Assembly (NCBI GenBank): GCA_038141665.1
Contig: JAYQIN010000002.1
Span: 121,098-185,097 of the forward strand
Origin: Thiothrix sp.
GTDB lineage: Bacteria; Pseudomonadota; Gammaproteobacteria; Poriferisulfidales; GCA-002705445
Direction of reading: 5' to 3'
DNA: 64,000 bases
Position 1 is the stretch's first letter. The number at the start of each line of letters is the position of its first letter. Positions 44,265 through 54,690 of the stretch are shown here, one piece after another. Position numbers and translations under genes: made by a program. The notes beneath the pieces are model-generated. The model was not told the origin of the DNA. It saw only the letters and a list, made by a program, of their open reading frames with translations, and searched no databases.

Positions 44265-44290
44265 CCCTAGAAAATCCTTTTCTAGAGTTA
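44263..44290. terminator. Bidirectional hairpin between convergent genes
   Basis: AACCCTAGAAAA-tcc-TTTTCTAGAGTT inverted repeat. Confidence 0.6.
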
Positions 44291-44302
44291 TGTCTTACGA
44301 AA

Positions 44303-44503
44303 TTAAGCTTCTGAATCTTTATCTTCTTTAGCTTCTACTTCTTCAGTATCTTTATCTTCCTTCATGCCGGTATCTTTTTTCATTTCTGAATGCTTAGCTT
44401 CATGGTCATGATCATGATCTTTATCGTGTGAAGCGCCAGCGCTACAGTGCCCAGCAAACGATGCTGTCGAAAATAAATATATTGCCAATAATAAATATTT
44501 CAT
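44303..44503 (-). CDS. Small secreted His-rich protein
   Basis: Signal peptide ending ASFA, then GHCSAGASHDKDHDHDHEAKH; RBS GGAGG. Confidence 0.8.
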   Translation of the reverse strand: MKYLLLAIYLFSTASFAGHCSAGASHDKDHDHDHEAKHSEMKKDTGMKEDKDTEEVEAKEDKDSEA

Positions 44504-44513
44504 AAAAAACCTC

Positions 44514-44729
44514 CTATAAATTAGTATCTTTGTCCTTTGGGTTATTTCCAGTAAACTTAGATGATTCGACTTTTACTTTTTTTTCAATTGTGTCAGTATC
44601 ACTTGAATCCATATAGCCTTTTTGATCAGCTTGTCTGTCTGAGCCGTTATGACTAGCGCCAGAACTACAATGATTTGCTAAGCTGACAGTTGAAAAAAAA
44701 TATACAAATAATAATAATAAATATTTCAT
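44514..44729 (-). CDS. Small secreted protein, paralog of the adjacent ORF
   Basis: MKYLLL.. signal ending VSLA, then NHCSSGASH. Confidence 0.75.
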   Translation of the reverse strand: MKYLLLLFVYFFSTVSLANHCSSGASHNGSDRQADQKGYMDSSDTDTIEKKVKVESSKFTGNNPKDKDTNL

Positions 44730-44853
44730 GTTGCCTTTTTAATGTTAAATAACAAATTTAACAAAATACGTCAAAATTTCTACTTGTGCCATATCTGTAC
44801 AGATTTATATATGCAAAATATATGCAGTATTAAGGAATAAAGCATATTATAAA

Positions 44854-45560
44854 TTAGACATATCTAATTCCGTTTTCAACAAAGGAAAACTCAGCTTTGC
44901 TATGACTTAATCTTTGCAGGTTATATTTTTTTATTACATTATGTAGAAAACTTGGTAAATCTTTGCAGAATTTGAGTTCTATAACTGTTAGTCCACCGCG
45001 CATAGGTTTTAATGAAAAATTTGTATAATTTTTATTGTAGCCTGATGATCTTATATCTGTGTCAAAAGTTACTCTTATTCTATTGTCTATTTTACCAACT
45101 AAAGGTAATCTATTATAAGTTACTATTGATAATGGTTTTAAAGTTGGCCTAAGAATTAGGTCTTTAAGCACAGTAAAAGAAAAATTTTCAGATAAATTAT
45201 TATAATAGCTTTGTAGAGGAGTGCCAGATAGCAAGCTATCTAATATATTTTCTGAAATTATTTGACGCTCTTTAATTACAAAATCACCATATTTTCCTTT
45301 GTATTCAAGAAAAACATTTTTGTTTAGTGGTGTGATTTGATTATACGATCTTAATCTAAATTTACCCCGAACCAAAAGGGCATCTTGTTTGTTCCTAAAA
45401 TCGTTAAGATAAATATCGTCAAAGTAAATGCTATGTACACTATACCTGACTTAATTTTTGCATTCGTATCAAGTTCCATACTGGAAGCCAGATCAAACCT
45501 TATTTTCATCGCAATTGTTGGGTCAACAGCAAATTTATACTCAAATCTTTCAAACTTCAT
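44854..45560 (-). CDS. VTC-domain (polyphosphate polymerase-like) protein; frameshift near 45450
   Basis: RFEYKF, SIYFDD (shifted frame), KFRLRSY, LEYKGK, YNR, RIRVTFD, ELKF, SK. Confidence 0.85.
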
Positions 45561-47763
45561 TTATAAATCACCAATTTTGAAAAATTATCTTTTTTTATAT
45601 TAGTATTACTTAAAGTTGACGGTATTTTTATAGTACCACCTCCAGAAAATCGATAATTTTTTTTCTTCAGATTAATATCATATTTAAAATTTGACTTCAA
45701 AGATACAGTCGGAAATAAAATGGCAGTAGATTTATCTTTTACCTCAATTCCAATATAATTTTCATTTAGTGAAGAGTTATTAAGGTTTAAATTAGAATTC
45801 TCACCAACAGATATGCCTTTATCACCGTTATTTATAAAAGTAGACTTATTTACGCTAACGTTGCTTGTCATCAAATCCAATCCATCATTTCCATTGTTTA
45901 AAAATACTGAATTTTCTATTTTACCTTTTGAGATATCAATATCTATTCCATCAGAGGGTGAATTTTCTATAACACTATTTTTAATTAAAAAATTTTCAAC
46001 ATAAACTAAATGAACATTATCATCATAATCAGAATTTGAAGAAAATTTACACATTTCTATTATCAAGTCATCCACATCATGAGCACTAAATTGTCCAGTA
46101 TATTCATAATATTTATTTTTAAAACCACTACCACCTGAAATATTCACATAACGAAGTAAAGAGCTTTCAGATTCCTTAATAACAACTGCTCCAAAGGGTT
46201 TATTTTTATCTAGCCTTTTTATTATAATTGGCTTGTTCTTACTTCCTAACATTTTTACATTTGCGAAAATAATATTAACATTCGGGCCTAAAAGTATAGT
46301 AGTGCCAGATTTAATCTTAACATTATTTTTACTGAAATCTTTTGTGCTAGAAAAAATTAATTTATCTTTTAATATCACGTCTTCTTTTATATGGGTCTGG
46401 TAATCTAAATTTGGTTGCTCGTACGAATCTATTAAGTTTAAAGATTTATCTATATATGAATAAAGTAAATTTAAAGATTTAATTACTTCAGGTCTTGAGG
46501 TTAAACGTGAACCAGTAAAATATATACCACCTAATGCTGGATCATTTTTAGCTAAATTTAAATATTCAATATATTTTTTTTTAAATATTTCTCTTAAAGA
46601 TTTTGTATTAGAGGATAATTCTTTAATACGCTGCTTTACTAATAACGAAGATTTTAATAAATCCAACAACTCATTTTCCATACTTTTTTGTTAATAAAGT
46701 CGTGTACGACCATATCTTCTTTTTTAGGAATACGTTGTTTTAAAGTATTCCCAAATGGTCCATGCCATGCCATTATGTCATTAACCACCGGATAAAATTT
46801 TTGCATCCATGGATCATAAAATAATGAAAAATTATGTCTAGAGTCCTGATGTGTAGACTGAGTTAACTGTATAAAAAAAGAAATCTTGATAGATAATCTA
46901 TATCAAACAATTTAATTAATTCATTAATATCCTGATTATTGCTTACAACATTATGAAATATGTTTAAAAGGTTCCTAATTGGATCTTTGCTTGCATAGTT
47001 AAAATGATTGTTAACAGCGTCTTTTCTCCAAGATAGAGGAGATGAAAAACCATTCGCTCCCTTAATTAATGAATTATCTTTGTTTTTTCCGGTTAGTTTT
47101 ATTGTGAAAATATCAGCTGGCATTTTGCTATTAAGCCTTAGTAACTGTTCGTCAAGAGAGCTTACAAATTGCCTTAAAAACTTCTTATTCTGGTTAAATT
47201 CTACAATTACAAGTCTATGTTCGGGCATTAGCAAATTTAACTCTTTTGCCATCTCATATGCTAGAACATCATTAAAAATACCTGGGTGTCCAATTTTATC
47301 AAGATCAAAAATTCTATGTTTATCTTTATATAATTTCTTTTTTGAAACTTTTATTTTAACTGATACGTCTTGATGAATAAAATGAAAAGGAGACTCGCCT
47401 TTGGATTTAATTTTTGCTCTATAATTCATATTCTTATCAGATAATGAAACTCGACTATATTTACTGTTCCAACTATAGTCTTTTAAAAAGAAGCGGATAT
47501 AAATTTTTATCTTCTGTGTTTAGTTTAATTAATTCAAAATTTGAGTTGTCAGCTATAATATAATTCGGTATTAAATTTATAATCCTAGAAAAAATAAGCG
47601 CATTAAGATTTTGTTTGTTTGAAAGATCCCAGCTAGAGTAATGATTCAAATTTTTATAAGTGAATACCAAAATCCAAATAATGTAAGCTATAACTACAGG
47701 TGTCAATACAAGAGCTAAAATTTTAAATAGTTCTTTGAATGGTTTGAAATTTGAATAAATCAT
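45557..47763 (-). CDS. CotH-kinase-like protein fused to a right-handed parallel beta-helix; split into three or more ORFs by frameshifts
   Basis: N-terminal TM, KIKSKGE..H, PEHRLVIVEFN, and HQDSRHNFSLFYDPWMQKFYPVVND in the 46780-46870 gap; C-terminal SDGIDID/NDGLDL/DKGISVGE beta-helix repeats. Confidence 0.72.
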
Positions 47764-47775
47764 ACTCTATTGATT

Positions 47776-48594
47776 TTATTTGGTTGGTTTAATCATAACT
47801 TTAGCTTTTTCTAAAGAATAAATTGTGACCTTAGGACTCCTAATTTCATGAAATACAGTATTAGATTTTCTCTCTAAAAATAATATACCATTTTTATAAG
47901 ACTCTCTAACATTACAATTTGTTTCGCAATTAATAGTGACTTTTTTATTTGTCGATAAAATAAAGTCTAGTCCGCTAGGTATTTCAATAAATTTATTCTT
48001 ATTAGTAATAAAAACCGCTCTATCTGAATCATAGATAGTTAAATTAGTGTTAAAAGAGCGAATAAATGTTACCCAATCATGAATATTATAAACGTAGTTC
48101 AATATTCCTCTATTATTAGCTTCACTTATTAATGAAATATAGTTTGCGTCTGGAGTTCTTGAAAGTCTTATACTGTGGACAAGAGTTTTTTCACTAAGGT
48201 AAGCTGAATATCTGCCTGCTAACTTCTGGTCAAATAAAATATTTAAATATCTTGTTATGTATTTTTGACAATTTGATGGAAAATTTGAATTACAATATTG
48301 ATCTATAGTATCTCTTAGTAAATCTCTATTTCTGCTATGCCTAGTAAAACTTTTCAAGGAATTACTTATATATTTTTCAATTTTTTTTTTATCGTCTCCA
48401 TTAATTATTTTATAATTGTTTTGCCTTACTAAATTTTGAGGTGTATTTTTTAGAGTTTGTGCCCAAGAGTTATGATATAGTTTTAAATAATAATTATAAA
48501 TAAATTTATTATCAAAATTATTTATAATTAAATAAACAACTACTATTAGCAAAACAAGCAAAATCATAGATAGCTTTTTAAAATGTCTGAGCAT
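47776..48594 (-). CDS. Hypothetical membrane-anchored protein
   Basis: N-terminal TM helix, 272 aa, within the DUF4956-CotH-VTC operon. Confidence 0.6.
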   Translation of the reverse strand: MLRHFKKLSMILLVLLIVVVYLIINNFDNKFIYNYYLKLYHNSWAQTLKNTPQNLVRQNNYKIINGDDKKKIEKYISNSLKSFTRHSRNRDLLRDTIDQYCNSNFPSNCQKYITRYLNILFDQKLAGRYSAYLSEKTLVHSIRLSRTPDANYISLISEANNRGILNYVYNIHDWVTFIRSFNTNLTIYDSDRAVFITNKNKFIEIPSGLDFILSTNKKVTINCETNCNVRESYKNGILFLERKSNTVFHEIRSPKVTIYSLEKAKVMIKPTK

Positions 48595-48595
48595 A

Positions 48596-49291
48596 CTAGT
48601 AGGTTATATTTGAATTTCCTGTAACAAAAGATATTGCTACTTTATTCGAAAGCTTCATCATATCATTTTTCATTTCATTAAACTGCTTTTGTGAAATGGC
48701 AGTTATTTCAAAAGTTGCAGACGAACCTTTTGAATCACTTAGCTTTTCATAACCAAGGAGTTGATATTTATTAATTGTTTTATTTAAAATTGTCTGAATA
48801 TCTTCAAAATTTATATCATTATCTTCAGACGAGAATCTTAAAATGTGTTCGAAATTATCTGTTGCCAAAATTTTAGAATATCTTACAGCAAGTGATACAG
48901 CAGTTAACAAAACTGATACCGTAAAACTTATTAATATTAGACCAGAACCTACAGCCATACCAACAACAAGTCCTGCAAAAATAAATGTTAGATCTTTTGG
49001 GTCTTTTATAACGGTTCGAAATCTTATAATAGCAAGAGCTCCTACTAGTGCAAACGCTCGAGCAACTTTTTCGCCAACAATTATGATTATTGCACAGGAC
49101 AAAAATGTTGCTGTTAAAATAGTAAATGCAAAACTACTTGAGTAGGAAATACCAGAGTGAGTAATTCTATAAACACTTGCTAATGCCATGCCGAATAAAA
49201 GCGCGATACCTATTCTAAGAACCCCAAGCTCTGAGGAAACATTACCTAATGGGGCTTGAAAAACGTTTGATAAAATTTCGTTAATTTCCAT
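48596..49291 (-). CDS. DUF4956 membrane protein
   Basis: ARAFALVGALAIIRFRTVIKDPKDLTFIF..GMAVGSG plus C-terminal ACT-like domain. Confidence 0.9.
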   Translation of the reverse strand: MEINEILSNVFQAPLGNVSSELGVLRIGIALLFGMALASVYRITHSGISYSSSFAFTILTATFLSCAIIIIVGEKVARAFALVGALAIIRFRTVIKDPKDLTFIFAGLVVGMAVGSGLILISFTVSVLLTAVSLAVRYSKILATDNFEHILRFSSEDNDINFEDIQTILNKTINKYQLLGYEKLSDSKGSSATFEITAISQKQFNEMKNDMMKLSNKVAISFVTGNSNITY

Positions 49292-49552
49292 TTCAAATTA
49301 TTATTTGTATTATTCTTCTTCTTATTATTATTATTTTAAATATTATACACTAATTATATGTATTTTACACTACGCCGCAAGTGCTTAGCATTCAGAATGT
49401 ATTAAAACAATATAATCTTTAATCACGAAAGCATTCTAATAGAGGAAGGGTAACTACCAATTGATCTACACTTTTGCATCCATATCCGTATAATGTTAGA
49501 GCGCCTAAAATATTAATTTATAATTTATTGCTAATAAAATGGTATGTATTTA

Positions 49553-49960
49553 ATGAAAATTAAACTTTTTACAATTTGTTTACTTTTATTTGCTTCAATA
49601 GTTCAAGCTCAAGTAAAAGATATTAATAACAATCAGATTATTAAACTAATTGAAAACAATGTACTTATAGTTGATATTAGAAGACCATCAGAATGGAGAG
49701 ATACCGGAGTAATTAAAGGAAGTTATTTACTTACATTTTTTGATAAAAAGGGTAATTATAATTTTGATGAATGGCTTGTAAAATTAAAGAAAATTGCTAA
49801 AGAGGGTGATCCAGTAATATTAATATGTAGAAGTGGTAGAAGAAGTAAAGCTGTTGCAAAGTTTCTCAATGAGCAGACAAATTTTAAAAATGTTTATAAT
49901 GCATCAGGTGGAATATTGTCTTGGATAAGCTCAAAAAATAAAATTGTAATGCCTAATTAA
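49553..49960 (+). CDS. Secreted rhodanese-like protein
   Basis: Signal peptide, VDIRRPSEW..TG, ICRSGRRS, GGILSW. Confidence 0.88.
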   Translation: MKIKLFTICLLLFASIVQAQVKDINNNQIIKLIENNVLIVDIRRPSEWRDTGVIKGSYLLTFFDKKGNYNFDEWLVKLKKIAKEGDPVILICRSGRRSKAVAKFLNEQTNFKNVYNASGGILSWISSKNKIVMPN

Positions 49961-50744
49961 GTTTTATCTGTGCTTTTTTTATTAAAGAAGATATATAATT
50001 ACTTAGAAAATTTGGCAAAGTTTGCAAACCCTTCATAATAAAATACATTGGAATTGGAAAACTAATTTCAAATCTATTAGACTCTAAACCCTTTGAAATA
50101 ATACTTGCAGCTGAGTTTGCGCTAATTATCAACGGCATAGAAAATGTATTTTTATCTGTTAATGGGGTTTTTACAAAACCTGGTGTAATTACTTTAACAT
50201 CAACAATATTTTTCAGTTCAATATGAAGCGAAGAAGCAAGGTTATAGAGTGCTGCTTTGGTCATAGAATAGGGCTGACTATATGGCAATCCTTTATAGGC
50301 AACAAGACTAGAACAAATAATTAACTGGCTTGTATCATTTGTATTTTTTAAAAATTCTTTAGTAACAGAAAGTATGTGCAATAATCCCAAAATATTTACA
50401 TTAATTACATTATCATAATCCGAGGAATTATCTGGACTGTATGTAGCTGACATATAAATAATGTGTAAAGAATCTATGTCTCTATCAATAATATTTTTTG
50501 AGACATCAAAGCACTGACTTTTATCAGATAAGTCTAATGGAATTATCTCATGATTATTAATTAATGATTCATTTAAATCATTAAGTTTTTCTTTATTTCT
50601 AGAAGATAAAATTAAATCATAACCCTTAGCATCAAGTTTTTTAGCAAGCTCTTTTCCAATACCTGAGCTAGAACCTATAATCCAGTATTTTTTTTCATTA
50701 TTAATTTTTTTGAAGTGTAAATTGATAAACATTTGTTCTTTCAT
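49953..50744 (-). CDS. Short-chain dehydrogenase/reductase (true start probably ATG at 50698, obscured by an A-run indel)
   Basis: WIIGSSSGIG, YSMTK (YxxxK), PGFVKTPLT..NTFSMP. Confidence 0.9.
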   Translation of the reverse strand: MKEQMFINLHFKKINNEKKYWIIGSSSGIGKELAKKLDAKGYDLILSSRNKEKLNDLNESLINNHEIIPLDLSDKSQCFDVSKNIIDRDIDSLHIIYMSATYSPDNSSDYDNVINVNILGLLHILSVTKEFLKNTNDTSQLIICSSLVAYKGLPYSQPYSMTKAALYNLASSLHIELKNIVDVKVITPGFVKTPLTDKNTFSMPLIISANSAASIISKGLESNRFEISFPIPMYFIMKGLQTLPNFLSNYISSLIKKAQIKLN

Positions 50745-51870
50745 TAATAAAGCTTGAAGAACACGAGGTTAAATAGTATTCCCAAATTTTAATAAATTTT
50801 TCATCAAAATTTAGTTTTTCAACTTCTTTAATATTTCTTTTAAAACTGTCATTCCATAAATCTAAAGTTCTAGAGTATGAATCCCCAAATGAAAAAGAGT
50901 CTAAAACTTTAAAGCTATTCTTTTTTGCGTATTTCATGAATATATTAGGTGAGGGCAACATACCTCCCGGAAAAATAAAAGTTCTAATTGCATCTGCACT
51001 GTTTTTATAAGTATTAAAAAGCTTATCATCAATGGTAATAGTTTGTATTACAGCTTTACCATTTTTTGATAATAAATTATAAATTTTTTGAAAGTATGTA
51101 TTCCAATACTCTTGCCCAACAGCCTCAAACATTTCTATTGATACAATAGAATTGTATCTTTTAGTAACATTTCTATAGTCATCGTATATCACATTAACAT
51201 TAGAATTATTTTTATGTAAATCAGTAGAGTATTTGAATTGTTCTTTTGATATTGTAATACTATCTAATTGATGAAAGTCATTTTTTGATTGCATTAAAAA
51301 ACCACCCCAACCAGTGCCAATCTCAAGCAAATTATTTGTGCTTGTCGTTTTTAAAATATCTTTAATACGGTTATATTTATTAAGTTGAGCATCATAAAGA
51401 CTATTTTTATTATTTAAAAATAATGCTGAAGAATATGTTAATGATTTATCAAGCCATATTTTATAGAAATTATTTCCTAAATCATAATGAGCTTCAATAT
51501 TTTTTTTGCTACCTTTAATTGTATTTTTATTAAAAATATATTTAATATTTTCAAAAATTCTTGTAATGAATTTTCCAAAAAGAAGTTTTGATAATGTTTT
51601 GTCGTTAATAATTACAAAAGTAAAAAGATTTTTAAGGTTTGCAGAGGTCCATTTTCCATCTCTATAGTCTGATGCAAAACCAACATCACCATTCTTGATC
51701 ATATTTCTTATTATAGACCAATCATTAATTTTAATATCAGCCATTACTTCAGATGTTTTATTTATCTCTAGTATTTTATTATCTGGACAAGTTATTTGTA
51801 TTGATCCTTTTTCACATTTTTTTAAAGTTGAGATAAATAAATTTATTTTTAGTTGTTCAAGATATTTCAT
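50701..51870 (-). CDS. Cyclopropane-fatty-acyl-phospholipid synthase / UfaM-like fatty acid methyltransferase
   Basis: NIEAHYDLGNNFY..WLD..TYSSA, LEIGTGWGG, SIEMFEAVG, IFPGGMLP, WEYYL. Confidence 0.93.
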   Translation of the reverse strand: MKYLEQLKINLFISTLKKCEKGSIQITCPDNKILEINKTSEVMADIKINDWSIIRNMIKNGDVGFASDYRDGKWTSANLKNLFTFVIINDKTLSKLLFGKFITRIFENIKYIFNKNTIKGSKKNIEAHYDLGNNFYKIWLDKSLTYSSALFLNNKNSLYDAQLNKYNRIKDILKTTSTNNLLEIGTGWGGFLMQSKNDFHQLDSITISKEQFKYSTDLHKNNSNVNVIYDDYRNVTKRYNSIVSIEMFEAVGQEYWNTYFQKIYNLLSKNGKAVIQTITIDDKLFNTYKNSADAIRTFIFPGGMLPSPNIFMKYAKKNSFKVLDSFSFGDSYSRTLDLWNDSFKRNIKEVEKLNFDEKFIKIWEYYLTSCSSSFINERTNVYQFTLQKN

Positions 51871-51871
51871 A

Positions 51872-52603
51872 TTAAGTTATTTTATTAACATTTTGGTCTG
51901 GTTTTTTATAAAATTTTGTTTTCTTAAAGAATAATTTTAAAGCCTGATAATGAATCAAATACATAACTCTAGTTATAAAAAATAAGGAAGTAAATATATA
52001 CTTTATAGTCATATAATTATTTTTAACTAATGCTTTATTCCCACTTATATATGTTTCTAATATGTTTTTATTATGTTCATTATAGTAATCTATATTAAAA
52101 TAGATACTATTCTTGTTATTTTTATATTTAATTTTATAATGCCCATTTCTTGGAAGAAAAGGGGAAACATGAAAGAGTTTTTCAATGTCATAGTTTTGTA
52201 CAGACTCTGAAGTCATATTTATATAATAATGATTTTCCGAAAATGTATTGTTTACCTTTAATATTGTGCAAATAATTTTTTCTTTTGAGTAACAAAATAT
52301 AAATGATACTGGATTAAAAGCATACCCAAAAATTCTAGGCATTGTTATTAGCTCTAAATTATCTATTTTCTCTATATTGTATTTATTTTTTAATAGGTTG
52401 CTACACCATTTAAATAAATCAGGGTTTCCATTAGCATAATCTTGCTCATATACTGACAAAAGATTAAATTTATTTAAGCTAAAAAAACTTATTTTTTTAT
52501 TTTCTTGTGGAAATTTTATGCTGATATAGTTACATTTATATAAGAATTTATTGGCTTTTGGCCAATTTCTTTTATGAAATACTATGGCTTTTACAAATTT
52601 CAT
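51872..52603 (-). CDS. DUF1365 protein (UfaO-like)
   Basis: HKR..P..NKF.Y, MPRIFGYAFNPVSF, VNNTF.E.H.Y, KLFHVSPF, IHYQALKL. Confidence 0.9.
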   Translation of the reverse strand: MKFVKAIVFHKRNWPKANKFLYKCNYISIKFPQENKKISFFSLNKFNLLSVYEQDYANGNPDLFKWCSNLLKNKYNIEKIDNLELITMPRIFGYAFNPVSFIFCYSKEKIICTILKVNNTFSENHYYINMTSESVQNYDIEKLFHVSPFLPRNGHYKIKYKNNKNSIYFNIDYYNEHNKNILETYISGNKALVKNNYMTIKYIFTSLFFITRVMYLIHYQALKLFFKKTKFYKKPDQNVNKIT

Positions 52604-52606
52604 TTA

Positions 52607-53860
52607 TCACAAATCAATACTTTTTAGTTTTTCAACTGCCTTGATTGACGATACCACTCCGTCTTCATGGAATCCATATTTGTTATAAGCTCCACAAAAA
52701 AAAGAGTTATTTTCTCCTTGAATTAATGGCATTAAATTTTGAGCATTTCTTGCAGTCATATCAAAAATAGGGTGTTCTAGAATGTGCTTATTAAATACTT
52801 TATCTTCTTTGATTTGTTCTCCTGGGTTTAAAGAAACAAAAATAGGGTACTTTTTATCTATATCTTGAAGTGAATTCATCCAGTAAGATAAAATTGGATG
52901 ATTGTTTTTTGTTTTTTTATATACCCAGCTTGCCCAACATTTAGGGTTTTTAGGCATTATGGAATGATCTTTATGTAAAACAACTTCTTTTTAGAATATT
53001 TAATGTCTTTTAACACATCAATTTGATGATTTGATAGGTTTTTTCCTATACTTATAACTTCATTTGGATGATTGCAAAAAAATACGTAATCATGCTCATC
53101 TTTACTATCATCAGTTATTATTTTTACGCCGTTATTACTTTTAATTACTTCTTTTACTTCGGAATTTACCCTGTTATCTGCATCAATATATTCTATAAGA
53201 CTATTTACATAAATTTTACTGCCATTTTTAATATAATGCCATTGAGGTTGATTGTTAATGCTCAAAAGGCCGTGATTATTCATAAATCTTACATAAGACA
53301 AATATGGAAACTGTAGTATTTGTGAGGGTTTACAGCTCCATATTGAGCTACCCATAGGTAATACATAATTATCTATAAAAAAATCATTAAAATTATTGTC
53401 TTTTAAAAATTCATGTAGTGTTATATTTCCAATTTCATTATTGATATTTTTTAGAGTTTTTTTAGATAAGTAATTGAATTTATTTATATTATAAAGCAAA
53501 TTATAGCGTTTATAACTAAAGATAGTTTTTTTGTCAGCAAAAAAACTGTTGATATCTGAATATTTGATTTCTGGATCTTTATGCATACTACTAGTTACAG
53601 CAAATGACATGTCACTATTTCCATATCGTACATTTAAAGTATTTAGCATTTTTGTAAAATTAGGGTAGTTCTGTTCATTGAAAACTATAAAACCCGTATC
53701 TACATCAATATTTACTCCATTTTTATATTCAACTGATAACGTTCTTGTGTGACCACCAAGATATTGTTCCTTTTCATAAATAGTTATGTCGTATTCTTTA
53801 TGTAAGGTAAGCGGAATATAAACCAGATATCCCTGAACCTATAATTGCTATCCTTTTCAT
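52607..53860 (-). CDS. FAD-dependent oxidoreductase, amine-oxidase family (UfaD-like); frameshifts near 53800 and 52960-52990
   Basis: MKRIAIIGSGISGL from 53860, GGHTRT, DTGFIVFN..NYP, SDMSF, PMGSSIWS, WASW, YWMNSLQ, HP, GAY..YGFHEDG. Confidence 0.88.
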
Positions 53861-53874
53861 TGCTTATCCTTAAG

Positions 53875-53902
53875 AATTCGCATAATCATTATTATGTTAA
53901 AT
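53875..53902 (+). other. dif site (XerC/XerD recombination site)
   Basis: AATTCGCATAA-TCATTA-TTATGTTAAAT: perfect XerD arm, XerC arm close to the gammaproteobacterial consensus, 6-bp spacer, intergenic. Confidence 0.9.
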
Positions 53903-53910
53903 TATATTAA

Positions 53911-54690
53911 CTAACCGTAAGTATTAGTTAGTGATCCAATAGAATCAATATCAATAGTGACCTTACAACCCTTCTCCATGGGACCTAAGCCAAGTGATGT
54001 ACCAACACATATCACATCGCCAGCATAAAGAGTCATATTTTGAGATAGGTACATAACAATTTCATCTGCAGAAAATATCATGTCACTCACAGGATAGTCT
54101 TGCTTAACATCAGAATCGTTTATAATAGTTTTAATTTTTAAATCTTTCGCTTCAAGGTCAGTTGCAATGAATGGTCCGAAAACACCAAAATTATCAAACC
54201 CTTTACATCTTGTCCATTGATCAAAATTTGGATCATTTTTAAGTAAACCGAATGCAGTAACATCATTGATACAGGTGTATCCAAATATAGCGTTTTTGGC
54301 GTCATTAGTGTTATCTAGGTCCTTGATAGTGCTTCCTATAACAATACCCAACTCACCTTCAAAGAAAACATCACCGTCATAATTTGTAGGATGTTCAATG
54401 TGATCATATGGTCCTGCAAATGAAGTTGGGGACTTAAAAATGTATAGGGGCTTTTCAGGATAACTTAGACCTTTTTCATCAGCTAGAGCTTTATAGTTGT
54501 TCCACAAAGCAATCATTTTAGAGGGCTTACAAGGCGATAATATATTAACATCATTAATAGATATAACCTCTCCAGTATCTTTAGGTTCTTCAAACATATC
54601 GCCATTGAATACGGTTATTGAAGCACCATCTGAAGATAACTTTCCAAACTTTATATCACCGTTGTGATTGAATCTTGACCATTTTTCCAT
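53911..54690 (-). CDS. Fumarylacetoacetate hydrolase family protein
   Basis: PSKMIAL..NY, EGELGIVIG, GYTCINDVT, QWTRCKGFD.FG..GP, GDVI. Confidence 0.92.
   Translation of the reverse strand: MEKWSRFNHNGDIKFGKLSSDGASITVFNGDMFEEPKDTGEVISINDVNILSPCKPSKMIALWNNYKALADEKGLSYPEKPLYIFKSPTSFAGPYDHIEHPTNYDGDVFFEGELGIVIGSTIKDLDNTNDAKNAIFGYTCINDVTAFGLLKNDPNFDQWTRCKGFDNFGVFGPFIATDLEAKDLKIKTIINDSDVKQDYPVSDMIFSADEIVMYLSQNMTLYAGDVICVGTSLGLGPMEKGCKVTIDIDSIGSLTNTYG

Noticed and set aside
43903-44331. 142-aa alternative-frame ORF over the MORN gene
   Set aside because: Off-frame product of a repetitive coding sequence
44723-44750. TAATGTTAAAT resembling a XerD arm (second dif or pdif site)
   Set aside because: No XerC-like arm at the correct 6-bp spacing; expected by chance in AT-rich DNA
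49483-49511. ATCCGTATAA resembling a XerC arm near the far end of the ufa cluster
   Set aside because: No XerD arm follows; could simply be a -10 element (TATAAT) for the rhodanese gene
49292-49543. 250-bp intergenic region with (TTA/TTC)n tract, considered as an sRNA, riboswitch or gene remnant
   Set aside because: No recognisable RNA motif or convincing ORF; most simply divergent promoters
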